DNA of 64,000 nucleotides from Candidatus Omnitrophota bacterium (GCA_029261035.1 JAJDCD010000023.1:301126-365125), one strand, 5' to 3'; positions 54,726 to 64,000 are shown, counted from the stretch's first letter. Notes: generated by a model from the sequence alone, not told the origin. Numbers and translations: made by a program.

Positions 54726-55292
54726 ATGCGAATCTTTATGCCGGTGTTATTTGTGCTGGTGGTTATTTTTATTGTTGTTTTGGGGGTTGTGAACTTTTTG
54801 GGGATGGACTCTTTGCAGTCGACGGAAGCTCAGAGTTATTTTCTTAAGGTTCATATTATTACTGCTTTTTTGGCGTATGGTAGTTTTGCCTTTTCATTTT
54901 TGGTGGGATTGATTTATTTGTTTCAAGATTGGCAATTGAAGAAAAGGTTGTTGAGTCAGATATTTCATCGCTTACCTTCTTTAGAAATTATGGAGAGATG
55001 GATTTTTAGAGGACTACTTTTTGGGTTGCCTATGTTAACCCTAGCGCTTGTTTCAGGATTTGTCTGGATGAATAGTGAGTTTGGAACATTTTGGATTTGG
55101 AATTCTAAAGTTATTTCTAGTGTTTTTGCGTGGGTTGTTTACAGTTTTTTATTTTATTTTCATTTCATATCGGCGCTTCACGGACGAAAAGTCATTTTTT
55201 TAAGTGTGTTTGCTTTTGTAACCATCCTTATTGTTTTTTTGGGGATGAATTTATTTGAATCTCAAATCAGAGAATATCTAACCATTAATTAA
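54726..55292 (+). CDS. HemX-like membrane protein (cytochrome c assembly CcsA/ResC family)
   Basis: Polytopic membrane protein with a W-rich FGTFWIWNSK motif (compare CcsA WGxxWxWD). It sits immediately upstream of hemA, as hemX does in Firmicute hem operons. Confidence 0.45.
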   Translation: MRIFMPVLFVLVVIFIVVLGVVNFLGMDSLQSTEAQSYFLKVHIITAFLAYGSFAFSFLVGLIYLFQDWQLKKRLLSQIFHRLPSLEIMERWIFRGLLFGLPMLTLALVSGFVWMNSEFGTFWIWNSKVISSVFAWVVYSFLFYFHFISALHGRKVIFLSVFAFVTILIVFLGMNLFESQIREYLTIN

Positions 55293-55300
55293 TCTGACTT

Positions 55301-56584
55301 ATGACTATCCTTACAATTGGTTTAAATCACAAATTATGTCCTGTTGCCGTAAGAGAGCAGTTAGCTTTTTCTAAAACGGATTGCGTAGAAGCGTTGAAAG
55401 CAATGAAAGAAAATGTTTCTGCAACAGAGATCTTTTTGCTTTCAACTTGCAATCGGGTTGAAGCTTTGTTTGTTACTTCAGAGCCGTTTCAAGCAAAGAA
55501 AGATTTTGTCCAATTTCTTTCTCAATTTCATCAGATCCAATCGGATCAATTTGAATCTTATTTATATGAACATAAAGACGAAGCTGCGGTGAAGCACTTA
55601 TTTAAAGTGGTTTGCGGTCTCGACTCTCTTGTTTTGGGAGAGAACGAGATTCATGGCCAAGTTAAAGAGTCTTATCAGTGGTCCCAAGAGGCAAAAACCG
55701 TAGGGCCTTTATTGGGCCGTTTGATTGAGAAAGCCTTTCAAATTGCGAAACAAATTAAAACGGAAACGAAAATTAATGAAGGAGCTACAAGTGTCTCATC
55801 TGTAGCTGTTGAGTTGGCCGAAAAAATCTTTGGACGGCTGCATGGAGAAAAGGTTTTGGTCTTGGGAACTGGAGAAATGAGTGAGTTAACGCTTAAGCAT
55901 TTAATGTCATCCGGAGCAGGAGCTGTTGTCGTGGCTAATAGAACCTTTGAAAAGGCGGAGCGTCTTGCAAGTCAATTTGGAGCACAGGCCATTCGTTTTG
56001 ACGACTTTCTATCGCATTTGGAGGAGGTGGATATCGTTATCTCTTCAACGGCAGCACCACAGCCTATTTTGAGCCATAAAGATATTTCTGAAGTGATGAG
56101 ATCAAGAAAGCAAAAGCCTTTATTTTTAATTGATATAGCTGTTCCTCGAGATATTGATTCTGAAGTGTCTCAGGTAGATGATGTTTATCTTTATAATATT
56201 GACGATTTAACCGTGGTAGCAGAGTCGAATCTGAAGAAACGAAAAAAAGAAATTTCTCAATGTGAAGTTGTAATAGATCAGAAAGTAGAAGCCTTTTTTA
56301 GCTGGCTTCATTCTTTGGATGTGGGCCCTGTTGTTGAACGGTTAAAAGAGTATATTGAAGATTGTCTAAGAGAAGAAATGCACGATTCAGGAATAGATAA
56401 AAATTTAAGCCAAGAAGAATTGGATCAAGTTATCCATCGTCTTCGAGGAAAAATTATGCATGCTCCTCTAACGCAGTTAAAAAAGGCCGCTCAAAATGGA
56501 GGGGCTTTTCGTTATTTGGAGTCCTTAGAAAAATTATTTAATTTAAAAAAACCTGAAAAAGAGAGTTTAAAAGATGAAGCGTAA
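55301..56584 (+). CDS. hemA: Glutamyl-tRNA reductase HemA
   Basis: LSTCNRVE, GENEIHGQVK and the NADP-binding LVLGTGEMS motif. Confidence 0.9.
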   Translation: MTILTIGLNHKLCPVAVREQLAFSKTDCVEALKAMKENVSATEIFLLSTCNRVEALFVTSEPFQAKKDFVQFLSQFHQIQSDQFESYLYEHKDEAAVKHLFKVVCGLDSLVLGENEIHGQVKESYQWSQEAKTVGPLLGRLIEKAFQIAKQIKTETKINEGATSVSSVAVELAEKIFGRLHGEKVLVLGTGEMSELTLKHLMSSGAGAVVVANRTFEKAERLASQFGAQAIRFDDFLSHLEEVDIVISSTAAPQPILSHKDISEVMRSRKQKPLFLIDIAVPRDIDSEVSQVDDVYLYNIDDLTVVAESNLKKRKKEISQCEVVIDQKVEAFFSWLHSLDVGPVVERLKEYIEDCLREEMHDSGIDKNLSQEELDQVIHRLRGKIMHAPLTQLKKAAQNGGAFRYLESLEKLFNLKKPEKESLKDEA

Positions 56585-57485
56585 TATTTGTATAGGAACA
56601 AGAGGAAGTCGTTTGGCTCTTTATCAAGCAGAACAAGTCAAACAAGCTTTGAATCATGTTTCTCCTGACCTTTCCATCGAAATTAAGGTTATTAAAACGG
56701 AGGGGGATGAGCGGTTGGATTTGCCTCTACCTTCTTTTGGAGGCAAGGGTGTTTTTACAAAGGCAATTGAAGATGGTTTGTTGGATCGGTCTATTGATTT
56801 AGCTGTTCATAGCTCTAAGGATATGGCTACCGTATTGCCGGAAGGTTTAGGGTTGATGGCCGTCCTTAAAAGAGAAGATCCTCGCGATTGTTTTCTAAGC
56901 ACGAGCCAACAAAAAATTTCGGAATTAAAAGCAGGAGCTCGTATCGGAACTTCCAGCGTCAGACGCACTGCTCAATTGAAACGCTTTCGTTCCGACTTGG
57001 AAATCTGTGATGTGCGAGGCAATGTTGAAACACGTATCCAAAAAATGAAAGATGGGGAGTATGACGGTTTGATGATGGCGACTTCAGGTGTTCGGCGTTT
57101 AGGTTTAGAAGAGCATATAACACAAATTTTAGAAGCGCAGTTTTTTATACCAGCATGTGCGCAAGGGGCTATTGGTATTGAAGCACGTTTGGATGATCCA
57201 GAGGTTGTAGAGTTATGCGCTTTGATTAATGATGAAAATACAGAAATTCAAGTAGATGCAGAACGGATGTTTCTTTATGTGTTAGAGGGGGGTTGTCAGA
57301 TTCCTTGTGGTTGTTTATCGGAAGTGAAGGGCAATCAATTTGAGATTAGAGCAGGGGTATGGTCTAAAGACGGAAAACAAGAGATTCTTCTTTCTAGACA
57401 AGGGGTTGTCGGAGAAGCTCTGGACTTAGCAAAATCGCTCGGAGAAGAAATGTTGAGAAACGGCGCAAAAGAGTTAATGAGATAA
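56574..57485 (+). CDS. hemC: Porphobilinogen deaminase (hydroxymethylbilane synthase) HemC
   Basis: IGTRGSRLALYQA...; the cofactor cysteine lies in GGCQIPCG. Confidence 0.9.
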   Translation: MKRNICIGTRGSRLALYQAEQVKQALNHVSPDLSIEIKVIKTEGDERLDLPLPSFGGKGVFTKAIEDGLLDRSIDLAVHSSKDMATVLPEGLGLMAVLKREDPRDCFLSTSQQKISELKAGARIGTSSVRRTAQLKRFRSDLEICDVRGNVETRIQKMKDGEYDGLMMATSGVRRLGLEEHITQILEAQFFIPACAQGAIGIEARLDDPEVVELCALINDENTEIQVDAERMFLYVLEGGCQIPCGCLSEVKGNQFEIRAGVWSKDGKQEILLSRQGVVGEALDLAKSLGEEMLRNGAKELMR

Positions 57486-59033
57486 ATGATGAAAAAGAAA
57501 AAAATTGGAAAAATATTTTTGGTAGGTGCTGGACCAGGAAACCCTCAGCTCATTACGGTTTTAGGAAAAGAATTAGTTGAGAAAGCGGATGTGATTATGT
57601 ATGACGCTTTAATTGGTTCTCGTATTTTAGATTGGGCTCGTCCTGATGCGGAAAAAATTTTTGTTGGAAAAGCAAAAGAGCTTCAAGGTGAGAAGGTAAA
57701 AACAGTTTCCCAATCTCGAATTAACCAACTTATGGTTCAGAAAGTAAAGCAAGGGCATCATGTTGTGCGTCTTAAGGGAGGAGATCCTCTTATTTTTGCA
57801 CGTGGAGGGGAAGAAGCAGAGTACCTTGTTGAAAAAGGAGTCTCTGTTGAGATTATTCCAGGAATTACTGCGGCATTAGGCGCTTTTGCTTCTTTAGGTA
57901 TTCCGGTGACTCATAGAGAGTGCGCTTCGGATGTAAGTTTCATTACAGGGCATGAAGACCCAAAAAAAGATGAGTCTCGTTTGGATTATGCTCTTTTGGC
58001 GCAGTTCAAAGGAACGCTTATCTTTTATATGGGTTTAGGACGTTTAAAAGAAATTTGCGCCTCTTTAGTGAGAGAAGGAAAAAACCTGAATACACCTGTA
58101 GTTGTTGTCGAGTGGACGACAACCCCTCTGGAGCGTTGGGTAGATGGGAATTTAAAAACGATTACGAGCCGAGTTAAAAAGGAAAAACTAAAATCACCCT
58201 GCCTTATTCTGGTAGGAGAAGTGATTGCTAGACGTATCCACACACAATTAAAAAAACAAAAACCTTTAATAGGAAAAAGTATTTTGGTAACACGTGCAAA
58301 GACACAGTCAGGCTCTTTACGAGATCGATTAGAAAATTTAGGTGCTCAAATTTTAATGTTGCCTACTATTCGATTCGAAGATCCTTCTTGGACTTCAGTG
58401 GATAAAGCAATAGTGGAGCTTAGTAAAAAACAATATGACTGGGTTATTTTTACAAGTCAAAATGGAGTTGAATTCTTTGATAAACGTTTAGATAAAAAGA
58501 AGAAAGACTGGCGTTTGCTTTCAGGTTCGAAAGTTGCTTGCATTGGAAAAGCGACAGCTAATAGTTTGAAAGAACATGGTGTGCGTGCAGATTTAGTTCC
58601 TAACAAATATGTTGCAGAGGACTTATTTCGCGTGCTTAAACAAAAAGTTTCATTAAAAGAAAAACGCTTTTTACTTTTACGAGGAGATCTTTCTCGGCCT
58701 TATTTGAAAGATGCTTTGAAGAAAGCTGGGGCCTTAGTTAAAGAAGTGGTTGTTTATAAAACAAAACCCGAATCCAGACCCAGCGCAAAATTGGTGAAGC
58801 AATTAAAGGATGGGTTTGTGGATTTTGTGCCTTTTTCTAGTTCTTCCAGTGTTGAAAATCTTTTGGATTTGATTGGAAACAATGGCAAGAAGCCAATTCA
58901 TTCGAAAACAAAAATTATTTCAATTGGACCAATTACATCGAAAACAGTAAAATCAAGAGGTCTAAAGGTTTTTAAGCAAGCTCGTGAGTATTCTATTGAT
59001 GGAGTTGTGGAGGCTATTTTGAGTTGCAAGTAA
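57486..59033 (+). CDS. hemD: Fusion of uroporphyrinogen-III C-methyltransferase (CobA/SUMT, N-terminal) and uroporphyrinogen-III synthase (HemD, C-terminal)
   Basis: N-terminal VGAGPGNPQLIT..., YDAL and GGDPLIF (SUMT). The C-terminal half (ILVTRAKTQS...) is HemD-like. Confidence 0.85.
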   Translation: MMKKKKIGKIFLVGAGPGNPQLITVLGKELVEKADVIMYDALIGSRILDWARPDAEKIFVGKAKELQGEKVKTVSQSRINQLMVQKVKQGHHVVRLKGGDPLIFARGGEEAEYLVEKGVSVEIIPGITAALGAFASLGIPVTHRECASDVSFITGHEDPKKDESRLDYALLAQFKGTLIFYMGLGRLKEICASLVREGKNLNTPVVVVEWTTTPLERWVDGNLKTITSRVKKEKLKSPCLILVGEVIARRIHTQLKKQKPLIGKSILVTRAKTQSGSLRDRLENLGAQILMLPTIRFEDPSWTSVDKAIVELSKKQYDWVIFTSQNGVEFFDKRLDKKKKDWRLLSGSKVACIGKATANSLKEHGVRADLVPNKYVAEDLFRVLKQKVSLKEKRFLLLRGDLSRPYLKDALKKAGALVKEVVVYKTKPESRPSAKLVKQLKDGFVDFVPFSSSSSVENLLDLIGNNGKKPIHSKTKIISIGPITSKTVKSRGLKVFKQAREYSIDGVVEAILSCK

Positions 59034-59067
59034 GGGGTTGCGGGGGAAGTGAGGTTGGGTTGACGGA

Positions 59068-59215
59068 AACAGAATGTTCTCCGGCGCTCAGACAGCACAA
59101 AAGTGACTGTCACCAGGTTGCGATGCCGCAGACCTTGGTGACTGTCACTTTTGTGACAATCGTATCTCGCCCAACAAGACGGTGGACAAGCTCAATAGTT
59201 TTGGTAGTGAAGTTT
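59068..59215. repeat. Family C element whose right half is replaced by a D-type/CCAACAAGACGG module (mosaic)
   Basis: GAATGTTCTCCGGCGCTCAGACAGCACAAAAGTGACTGTCACC ... GGTGACTGTCACTTTTGTGACAATCG...CGCCCAACAAGACGGTGGACAAGC. Confidence 0.75.
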
Positions 59216-59249
59216 TTTGAGGGTGTTATTTTAGAGGGAGTGTTTTATT

Positions 59250-59330
59250 GGGGGCAGCCTGCCCTTGGTTTAGGGGACACGCACTTTTGACACAGTTGCT
59301 GTGCAACAGTATCAAAAGTCCATGTCCCCG
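59250..59330. repeat. Family D element
   Basis: GGGGCAGCCTGCCCTTGGTTTAGGGGACACGCACTTTTGACACAGTTGCTGTGCAACAGTATCAAAAGTCCATGTCCCCG. Confidence 0.85.
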
Positions 59331-59380
59331 GCTTCGACTTTGATTTTTTTTGGCCCTCAGTTTAAAAAAAGGAGTGTTTT

Positions 59381-59932
59381 ATGAAAAGGTTTTTATCTTA
59401 TTTATTTGTTTCTCTTGTGTGTTTGAGTTTGGTGGGTTGTGCTTCTAAGAAAGAAAAAGTGGTTCAGGAAGTGGAGAAGACGGAGATGATGACCGTTGCT
59501 GTTGTTGAGACAGATAAAGGGTCTTGGACAATGAAGTTTTTTTCAGAGGATGCTCCGAAGACGGTTCAGAATTTTTTAAATTTATCAAAAAAAGGTTTTT
59601 ATGACGGTTTAACTTTTCATCGCGTAGAGAAGTCTCCGCGTCCTTTTGTTATTCAGGGAGGAGACCCTAGTGGAGATGGGAGTGGCGGTCCAGGTTATAC
59701 GATTCCTGCAGAATTTAATGCCCGTCCTCATTTAGAAGGAACGCTTGCCATGGCTCGTACGGAAGATCCTAATAGTGCGGGTTCTCAATTCTATATTTGT
59801 TTGGCCCCTCAACCTCAGTTGAATGGAAAATATACGGTTTTTGGACAACTTGTCTCTGGCCTAGAAAACATCCATAAAATTCAAAAAGGAGACAAGATTA
59901 TTAAGGTAACGATAGAAGAGCGCCCTCTTTAG
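59381..59932 (+). CDS. Cyclophilin-type peptidyl-prolyl cis-trans isomerase, lipoprotein
   Basis: Lipobox LVGCAS. FHRV, GGDP..GDGSGGPG and SQFYI cyclophilin motifs. Confidence 0.85.
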   Translation: MKRFLSYLFVSLVCLSLVGCASKKEKVVQEVEKTEMMTVAVVETDKGSWTMKFFSEDAPKTVQNFLNLSKKGFYDGLTFHRVEKSPRPFVIQGGDPSGDGSGGPGYTIPAEFNARPHLEGTLAMARTEDPNSAGSQFYICLAPQPQLNGKYTVFGQLVSGLENIHKIQKGDKIIKVTIEERPL

Positions 59933-59956
59933 ACTAGTTCGAGATTATGACTTTTT

Positions 59957-59986
59957 GGTGTGCCAGGCCTGAGGCCCGGCACACTG
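59957..59986. repeat. Family E palindrome
   Basis: GGTGTGCCAGGCCTGAGGCCCGGCACACTG. Confidence 0.7.
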
Positions 59987-60140
59987 GGTATATGACTTTA
60001 GGGATGCCATATTATAGTTATTAGATATGAATCCAGCACAGCCAATGTGAGCTCTTATGCTGGCTTCTTACCTAACTGCCTGTTATCATTCATATTAGAC
60101 AAAATAACACTTAGCAACTCGTTTAACGAAGAGGTGTGCT

Positions 60141-61823
60141 ATGGGCAGCAGTGTCCCCGAGGAGTTGGATAATACCATCTTTTCGCATACAGGTTCGGAG
60201 AAGCACAAAAAAGGCTTTCGTTTTTCATTCATGCATCGCAAGGACTTTCCTTTATTGATTCTTGCGGCAGGGGTTATTATTACGATAGCTATTTGGGACT
60301 TTTCCAATAAAGTGCGATCGGATGAAATTTTTAAAGAAACACAACATCAAGCGGATCAAGTTCGTTTACTCCTTAATAATGAGTTTCAATCTAAATTAGA
60401 TTTTCTTCCTAACTTTGCTCCACTCATCGCTGATTCTATAGAGGCGTTATCTGCGGACAGTGATAGGTATCTTAGAAATCACTTAAAAAATAATCCTTCG
60501 TTGTTAGGTCTTCAGCTTGTTAATTCAGATCAAAATCGTGTCATTTGGACTTCTGTTCCTTGGAGTAAAGACGCTTCTTATTTTAATCAATTGTTTGCCT
60601 CTCAAATTTACCCTTCAGAAGAATGGGAAACATTAAGCCAGGTTTCAGATAAACAAAATCGCATTGTCATTTCCGAGCCGTTTGCTTTAGGAGGCGGGGA
60701 AGAGATTCGTGTTATTTATTCCACCTATCCTGTTAGAGGGAGTGACGGTAAGCCTATTGCTTATTTGGTTCAGTACATGGACTTCAAGTTAATGCTAAAA
60801 GATTTTTTTGAGAATCAGAATTTAATTTACTACAACTTTTTGATGTCTTACCGCTGGAAGATCCTTTTTTCTAATTTAAAATATTGGAAAGGAGTTAGCG
60901 CGGACCGTCCTTTTAAAGTAACTCGGCAAATTGAGATTGCAGATAAAGATTGGTGGCTTAACTTTTGGCCTAAAGAGCAATATTTGGCAGGGCAAATTCA
61001 ATACGAAATAACAGGAATATTTTTACTTACTATGGGGATTCTCTTTTCTATTTCGACGAGTTTGTTTGCGTGGTCTTTGGTAAACCGTGGAGAGGTGCTG
61101 GAAAAATTAGTTCACCAACGAACAGAACAATTGGAAATGAAAAATGAAGAGTTGGAAAAGTTTATTTATATTGTGTCCCATGATTTAAAAGCCCCCTTGG
61201 TGAGCATTACGGGGTTCACCTCTATATTAGATAAATCCAAACTCATTGAGTCCGAAGAAGAAAGACATTGTCTGGAAAGAATTCACGCAAACACGACACG
61301 GATGCATGAGATGGTTCAAGATTTATTAGAGTTGTCACGCGTTGGACAGGTTGACGAAGTGATTACGGAAGTTGATACAGGGAAAGTGGTGCGAGACATT
61401 AGAGATGAATTTAAGCCTTTGTTTGATCAGAACAGTGTCTCGGTAGGTATGAAGGGCGAGTTTCCAGTGATTCATACGTCTAAGACACGCTTATACCAAC
61501 TGTTTAGCAATTTGATTAATAATGCTATTAAATATATGGGAGACCAGTCCGCTCCGCAAATAGAAATTGGTGTTGCTAAAAATAAAGAGGACTATGAATT
61601 CTATGTTAAAGATAATGGAGTGGGTATCTCAGAAGAAATGAAAGACAAGGTTTTTATGGTTTTTCAACGGGGAGATGAACAGAAAAAGACAGAGGGTACG
61701 GGTGTGGGTTTAAGCATCGTGAAAAAGGTAGTGGAGAATCTTGGCGGAAAAGTCAGGTTAGAATCCGAATTTGGAAGAGGCAGCACTTTTTATTTTTCAA
61801 TCCCAAATAACTTAAATTCTTAG
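60141..61823 (+). CDS. Sensor histidine kinase with a periplasmic sensor domain
   Basis: Two transmembrane helices flank a roughly 230-aa extracytoplasmic domain. HisKA H-box YIVSHDLKAPL and HATPase_c motifs (NLINNAIKY, DNGVGI, GTGVGLSIV). Confidence 0.8.
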   Translation: MGSSVPEELDNTIFSHTGSEKHKKGFRFSFMHRKDFPLLILAAGVIITIAIWDFSNKVRSDEIFKETQHQADQVRLLLNNEFQSKLDFLPNFAPLIADSIEALSADSDRYLRNHLKNNPSLLGLQLVNSDQNRVIWTSVPWSKDASYFNQLFASQIYPSEEWETLSQVSDKQNRIVISEPFALGGGEEIRVIYSTYPVRGSDGKPIAYLVQYMDFKLMLKDFFENQNLIYYNFLMSYRWKILFSNLKYWKGVSADRPFKVTRQIEIADKDWWLNFWPKEQYLAGQIQYEITGIFLLTMGILFSISTSLFAWSLVNRGEVLEKLVHQRTEQLEMKNEELEKFIYIVSHDLKAPLVSITGFTSILDKSKLIESEEERHCLERIHANTTRMHEMVQDLLELSRVGQVDEVITEVDTGKVVRDIRDEFKPLFDQNSVSVGMKGEFPVIHTSKTRLYQLFSNLINNAIKYMGDQSAPQIEIGVAKNKEDYEFYVKDNGVGISEEMKDKVFMVFQRGDEQKKTEGTGVGLSIVKKVVENLGGKVRLESEFGRGSTFYFSIPNNLNS

Positions 61824-61833
61824 GGAGAAAACT

Positions 61834-63051
61834 TTGGTTACCCCAGCAGTTCAATTACATGCACAGGAAAAAGCAGAAGAGAAGAAGCTTCTTCTTATTG
61901 AAGATAATCCAGACCATGCTTTTTTGGTACGAAAAGCAATTGGAGACTCTTTAAAAAGTCAAATTGTTGAAGTGGGTTCTGGGGAAGATGGGATTGAGAA
62001 AATTAAGACAGAAAAATTTGATTTAATTATTACAGATTTTAATTTACCGGGAATAAATGGACTGCAGGTGTTGGAAGCTATTCAGCAAATGAAAGTGGAT
62101 GTACCTGTGATTATGTTGACAGGACAAGGAGATGAGAAAGTTGCTGTGAATGCAATGCGTGGAGGGGCTTATAATTATGTTGTGAAGGATGACATTTGTT
62201 ATACGATTTTACCTCGAGTTGTGACAGAGACTTTTGTGCGTTATGGAGCGGATAAGGAAAAAATCCGTCTTGAAAAAGAAATTCGAAAAAAATCAGCTGA
62301 GCTTGAAAAGGCAAATGAAGAGCTGAAGAAGTTAGATGAATTGAAGTCGCAATTTATTTCTTCTGTGTCTCATGAATTTAGAAACCCTCTGAACTCAATT
62401 AAGGAAAGCATTGAGTTAATTTTAGATGCTGTCGTTGATCCCAAAACAAAGCAAGGTTTAAGAGTGCTGGATATTGCTAAAAATAGTACAGATCGTTTAA
62501 CGATATTAGTGAACGACCTCTTAGATTTTTCTAAATTAGAAGCAGGAAAAATGAAGATGAATAAAGAGCCTTCAGATTTAAGAAAGGTCATTGAAGACAC
62601 TTTGGATTCTCAGCATAGTTTAGCTAGAAAAAAACAGATCAGCCTCGTTTTTAATAAACCAAAAGAAAAGCTAGTTGTCTTTGTAGATCCTTTAAGAATA
62701 CTTCAGGTGATTAGCAATTTAGTCAATAATGCTATTAAGTTTACTCCGGCAAAGGGAGTGATTACGGTTACATCAGAATTATTTAAAGACCCCTTAGAAC
62801 CTTTTCAAAAAATAAAAGTTACTATTGAGGATACCGGAGAAGGGATTAGTGAAGAGAATATTAGTAAGATTTTTGAGCGGTTTGAACAAATTAAGAGGCC
62901 TCAAAAGGGGGAGTTGGCACACTTACAAGGAACAGGTTTGGGGTTATCCATTTGTCAGGAAATCGTTAAACAACACCAGGGAACGATTTGGGCGGAGAGT
63001 AAATTAGGAGAGGGAAGCCGATTTATGTTTACCTTACCTAAGTATCGATAA
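61834..63051 (+). CDS. Hybrid response regulator / histidine kinase (REC, HisKA, HATPase_c)
   Basis: N-terminal receiver (LLLIEDNPD..., DLIITDFNLPGINGL, ...K), then SHEFRNPL H-box and an ATPase domain (NLVNNAIKF, GTGLGLSI). Confidence 0.8.
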   Translation: MVTPAVQLHAQEKAEEKKLLLIEDNPDHAFLVRKAIGDSLKSQIVEVGSGEDGIEKIKTEKFDLIITDFNLPGINGLQVLEAIQQMKVDVPVIMLTGQGDEKVAVNAMRGGAYNYVVKDDICYTILPRVVTETFVRYGADKEKIRLEKEIRKKSAELEKANEELKKLDELKSQFISSVSHEFRNPLNSIKESIELILDAVVDPKTKQGLRVLDIAKNSTDRLTILVNDLLDFSKLEAGKMKMNKEPSDLRKVIEDTLDSQHSLARKKQISLVFNKPKEKLVVFVDPLRILQVISNLVNNAIKFTPAKGVITVTSELFKDPLEPFQKIKVTIEDTGEGISEENISKIFERFEQIKRPQKGELAHLQGTGLGLSICQEIVKQHQGTIWAESKLGEGSRFMFTLPKYR

Positions 63052-63074
63052 TAAAATAGGACAAAGGACGAGAG

Positions 63075-63458
63075 ATGAAGAAAAAAATTCTTATTATTGA
63101 TGATGAAGAAGATTTTGCCACTTTGATTTCGATTCGTTTGGTAGAAGCAGGATATGAAGTTTTTAGCGAGTCTGAAGGAGAGCGCGCGATTGATCGAGTT
63201 AAAGAGATCAAGCCTGATCTGATCGTATTGGATATTTTTCTTCTAGGGGTCGATGGGTTAACTTTACTTAAAGAAATGAAAAACGAAGGTATTAATAAAG
63301 TTCCTTTAGAAGACATTCCAATCATTGTTGTTACAGGTAAAGCGGTTTTGATGAACGAGATCTTTGAAGTTGAAGGTTCTGTTGGGTTTTTTAGAAAACC
63401 GTTGGATGTAAAGAAACTAGTAACTCGAGTCGAAGAACTCATTGGTGATAGCCAGTAA
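63075..63458 (+). CDS. Single-domain response regulator (CheY-like receiver)
   Basis: ILIIDDEED...DLIVLDIFLLGVDGL...VVTGK has the receiver-domain D/D/K/T layout. Confidence 0.8.
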   Translation: MKKKILIIDDEEDFATLISIRLVEAGYEVFSESEGERAIDRVKEIKPDLIVLDIFLLGVDGLTLLKEMKNEGINKVPLEDIPIIVVTGKAVLMNEIFEVEGSVGFFRKPLDVKKLVTRVEELIGDSQ

Positions 63459-63502
63459 AAATAGGCTTATATGGATAGAGTTATTTCAAGGAAGGAAAAT
63501 GC

Positions 63503-63847
63503 GTGGGTATCGAAGAATTTCCAGAAATAGAATCATTTCAAAGACTTCCTAAAAAATTAATTGTTAAAGGTGGGGACTCCACCGTTGATTCAAACCAAGA
63601 TACAACATTTAAAGGTTTGGTTATTAATAATTTAGGCCAATCTGTTAAGGATGTTGTGGTTCATCTTATTGTTTTTGATGAAGATAACATTCCTGTGCTT
63701 CAAGTTTCTGCTAAGCCAGAGCCGGATCGTTTAAGCCAGGGAAATATGGCTTCTTTTAAGGTCAAGATGCAAGGGTTTGCAAAGCCAATTAATAATTATT
63801 ACTTACATTCCCAGTGGAAATATGATGACTCTGAGTGGAGCGTGTGA
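63503..63847 (+). CDS. Hypothetical protein
   Basis: 114-aa ORF downstream of the two-component genes. No recognisable motif. Confidence 0.3.
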   Translation: MGIEEFPEIESFQRLPKKLIVKGGDSTVDSNQDTTFKGLVINNLGQSVKDVVVHLIVFDEDNIPVLQVSAKPEPDRLSQGNMASFKVKMQGFAKPINNYYLHSQWKYDDSEWSV

Positions 63848-63869
63848 AAAACAGAAAGTTTCAAGCTCT

Positions 63870-63952
63870 AAGATCCTTCGTTTCTTTTTTTATTAACTCA
63901 GGATGACAAGTTGTTATTCTGACCGCCTTTGGCGGAGAAGAATCTATGACAA
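63870..63952. repeat. Family B element in inverted orientation, plus a partial second copy
   Basis: AGATCCTTCG ... CTCAGGATGACAAG, then ...GGCGGAGAAGAATCTATGACAAAGG. Confidence 0.65.
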
Positions 63953-64000
63953 AGGAAATGCCATGGGTAGAAAAATAGTCTTTTTCTTTATTTTAATTAT

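Noticed and set aside
1-64000. tRNA, rRNA and tmRNA genes.
   Set aside because: I searched by eye for T-loop-like GGTTCGAATCC/GTTCGA motifs and cloverleaf-compatible segments in intergenic gaps. The only hits were inside CDSs. Nothing supportable was found, though a tool such as tRNAscan or Infernal could still find something.

Overview
This 64 kb window looks like chromosomal DNA from a low-GC (~38-40%) chlamydia-like organism (Chlamydiota, probably an environmental or amoeba-associated lineage). Gene content supports this: a pyruvoyl-dependent arginine decarboxylase (AaxB-type), a chlamydial-style IspH, DacA, HflK/HflC, FabI, MnmE and RecQ, all densely packed. The housekeeping blocks are a folate/one-carbon cluster (pabB-pabC-purH-folC, then an FTCD-like cyclohydrolase with folD and panB), a Firmicute-style tetrapyrrole operon (sirC-like, hemX-like, hemA, hemC, cobA-hemD fusion), and an arginine-to-agmatine-to-putrescine pair (aaxB plus agmatinase). 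There are also cell-envelope lipoproteins and a three-gene two-component cluster. No rRNA, tRNA or CRISPR was recognised.

Three things stand out.

- Two giant paralogous genes. These are 11304-17150 (1948 aa) and 40997-45427/45679 (about 1480-1560 aa). They share a roughly 450-aa N-terminal module (motifs H-[LI]-Q-[DE]-AH-x2-PEA and TGGFH[ST]E, tentatively TraB/Tiki-like), a Sec-type signal peptide and a C-terminal tail ending in QAF...AQAA-COOH. Their middle regions differ. The second carries a complete DnaQ-like DEDDh 3'-5' exonuclease domain. The first carries a kinase-like DxDHRPDN...HDFDF motif and a basic disordered linker. Together they are a candidate new secreted-effector family.
- An archaeo-eukaryotic primase-polymerase (PrimPol) ORF. 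It has a PriCT-like C-terminal domain (17161-18273) and lies convergent with, and 10 bp from, the first giant gene.
- An unusually dense set of palindromic, MITE/REP-like intergenic repeats. At least six families (A-F) and about 40 copies appear in the window. They have mosaic sub-modules, a recurring tripartite roughly 300 bp unit downstream of genes, copies that abut start codons, and one GC-rich palindrome inserted in-frame into a coding sequence.

Also notable is an overlapping operon of a spore-photoproduct-lyase-like radical SAM gene and a GT2 glycosyltransferase. It sits between the exonuclease-bearing giant gene and a Pif1/RecD-like helicase followed directly by recQ.
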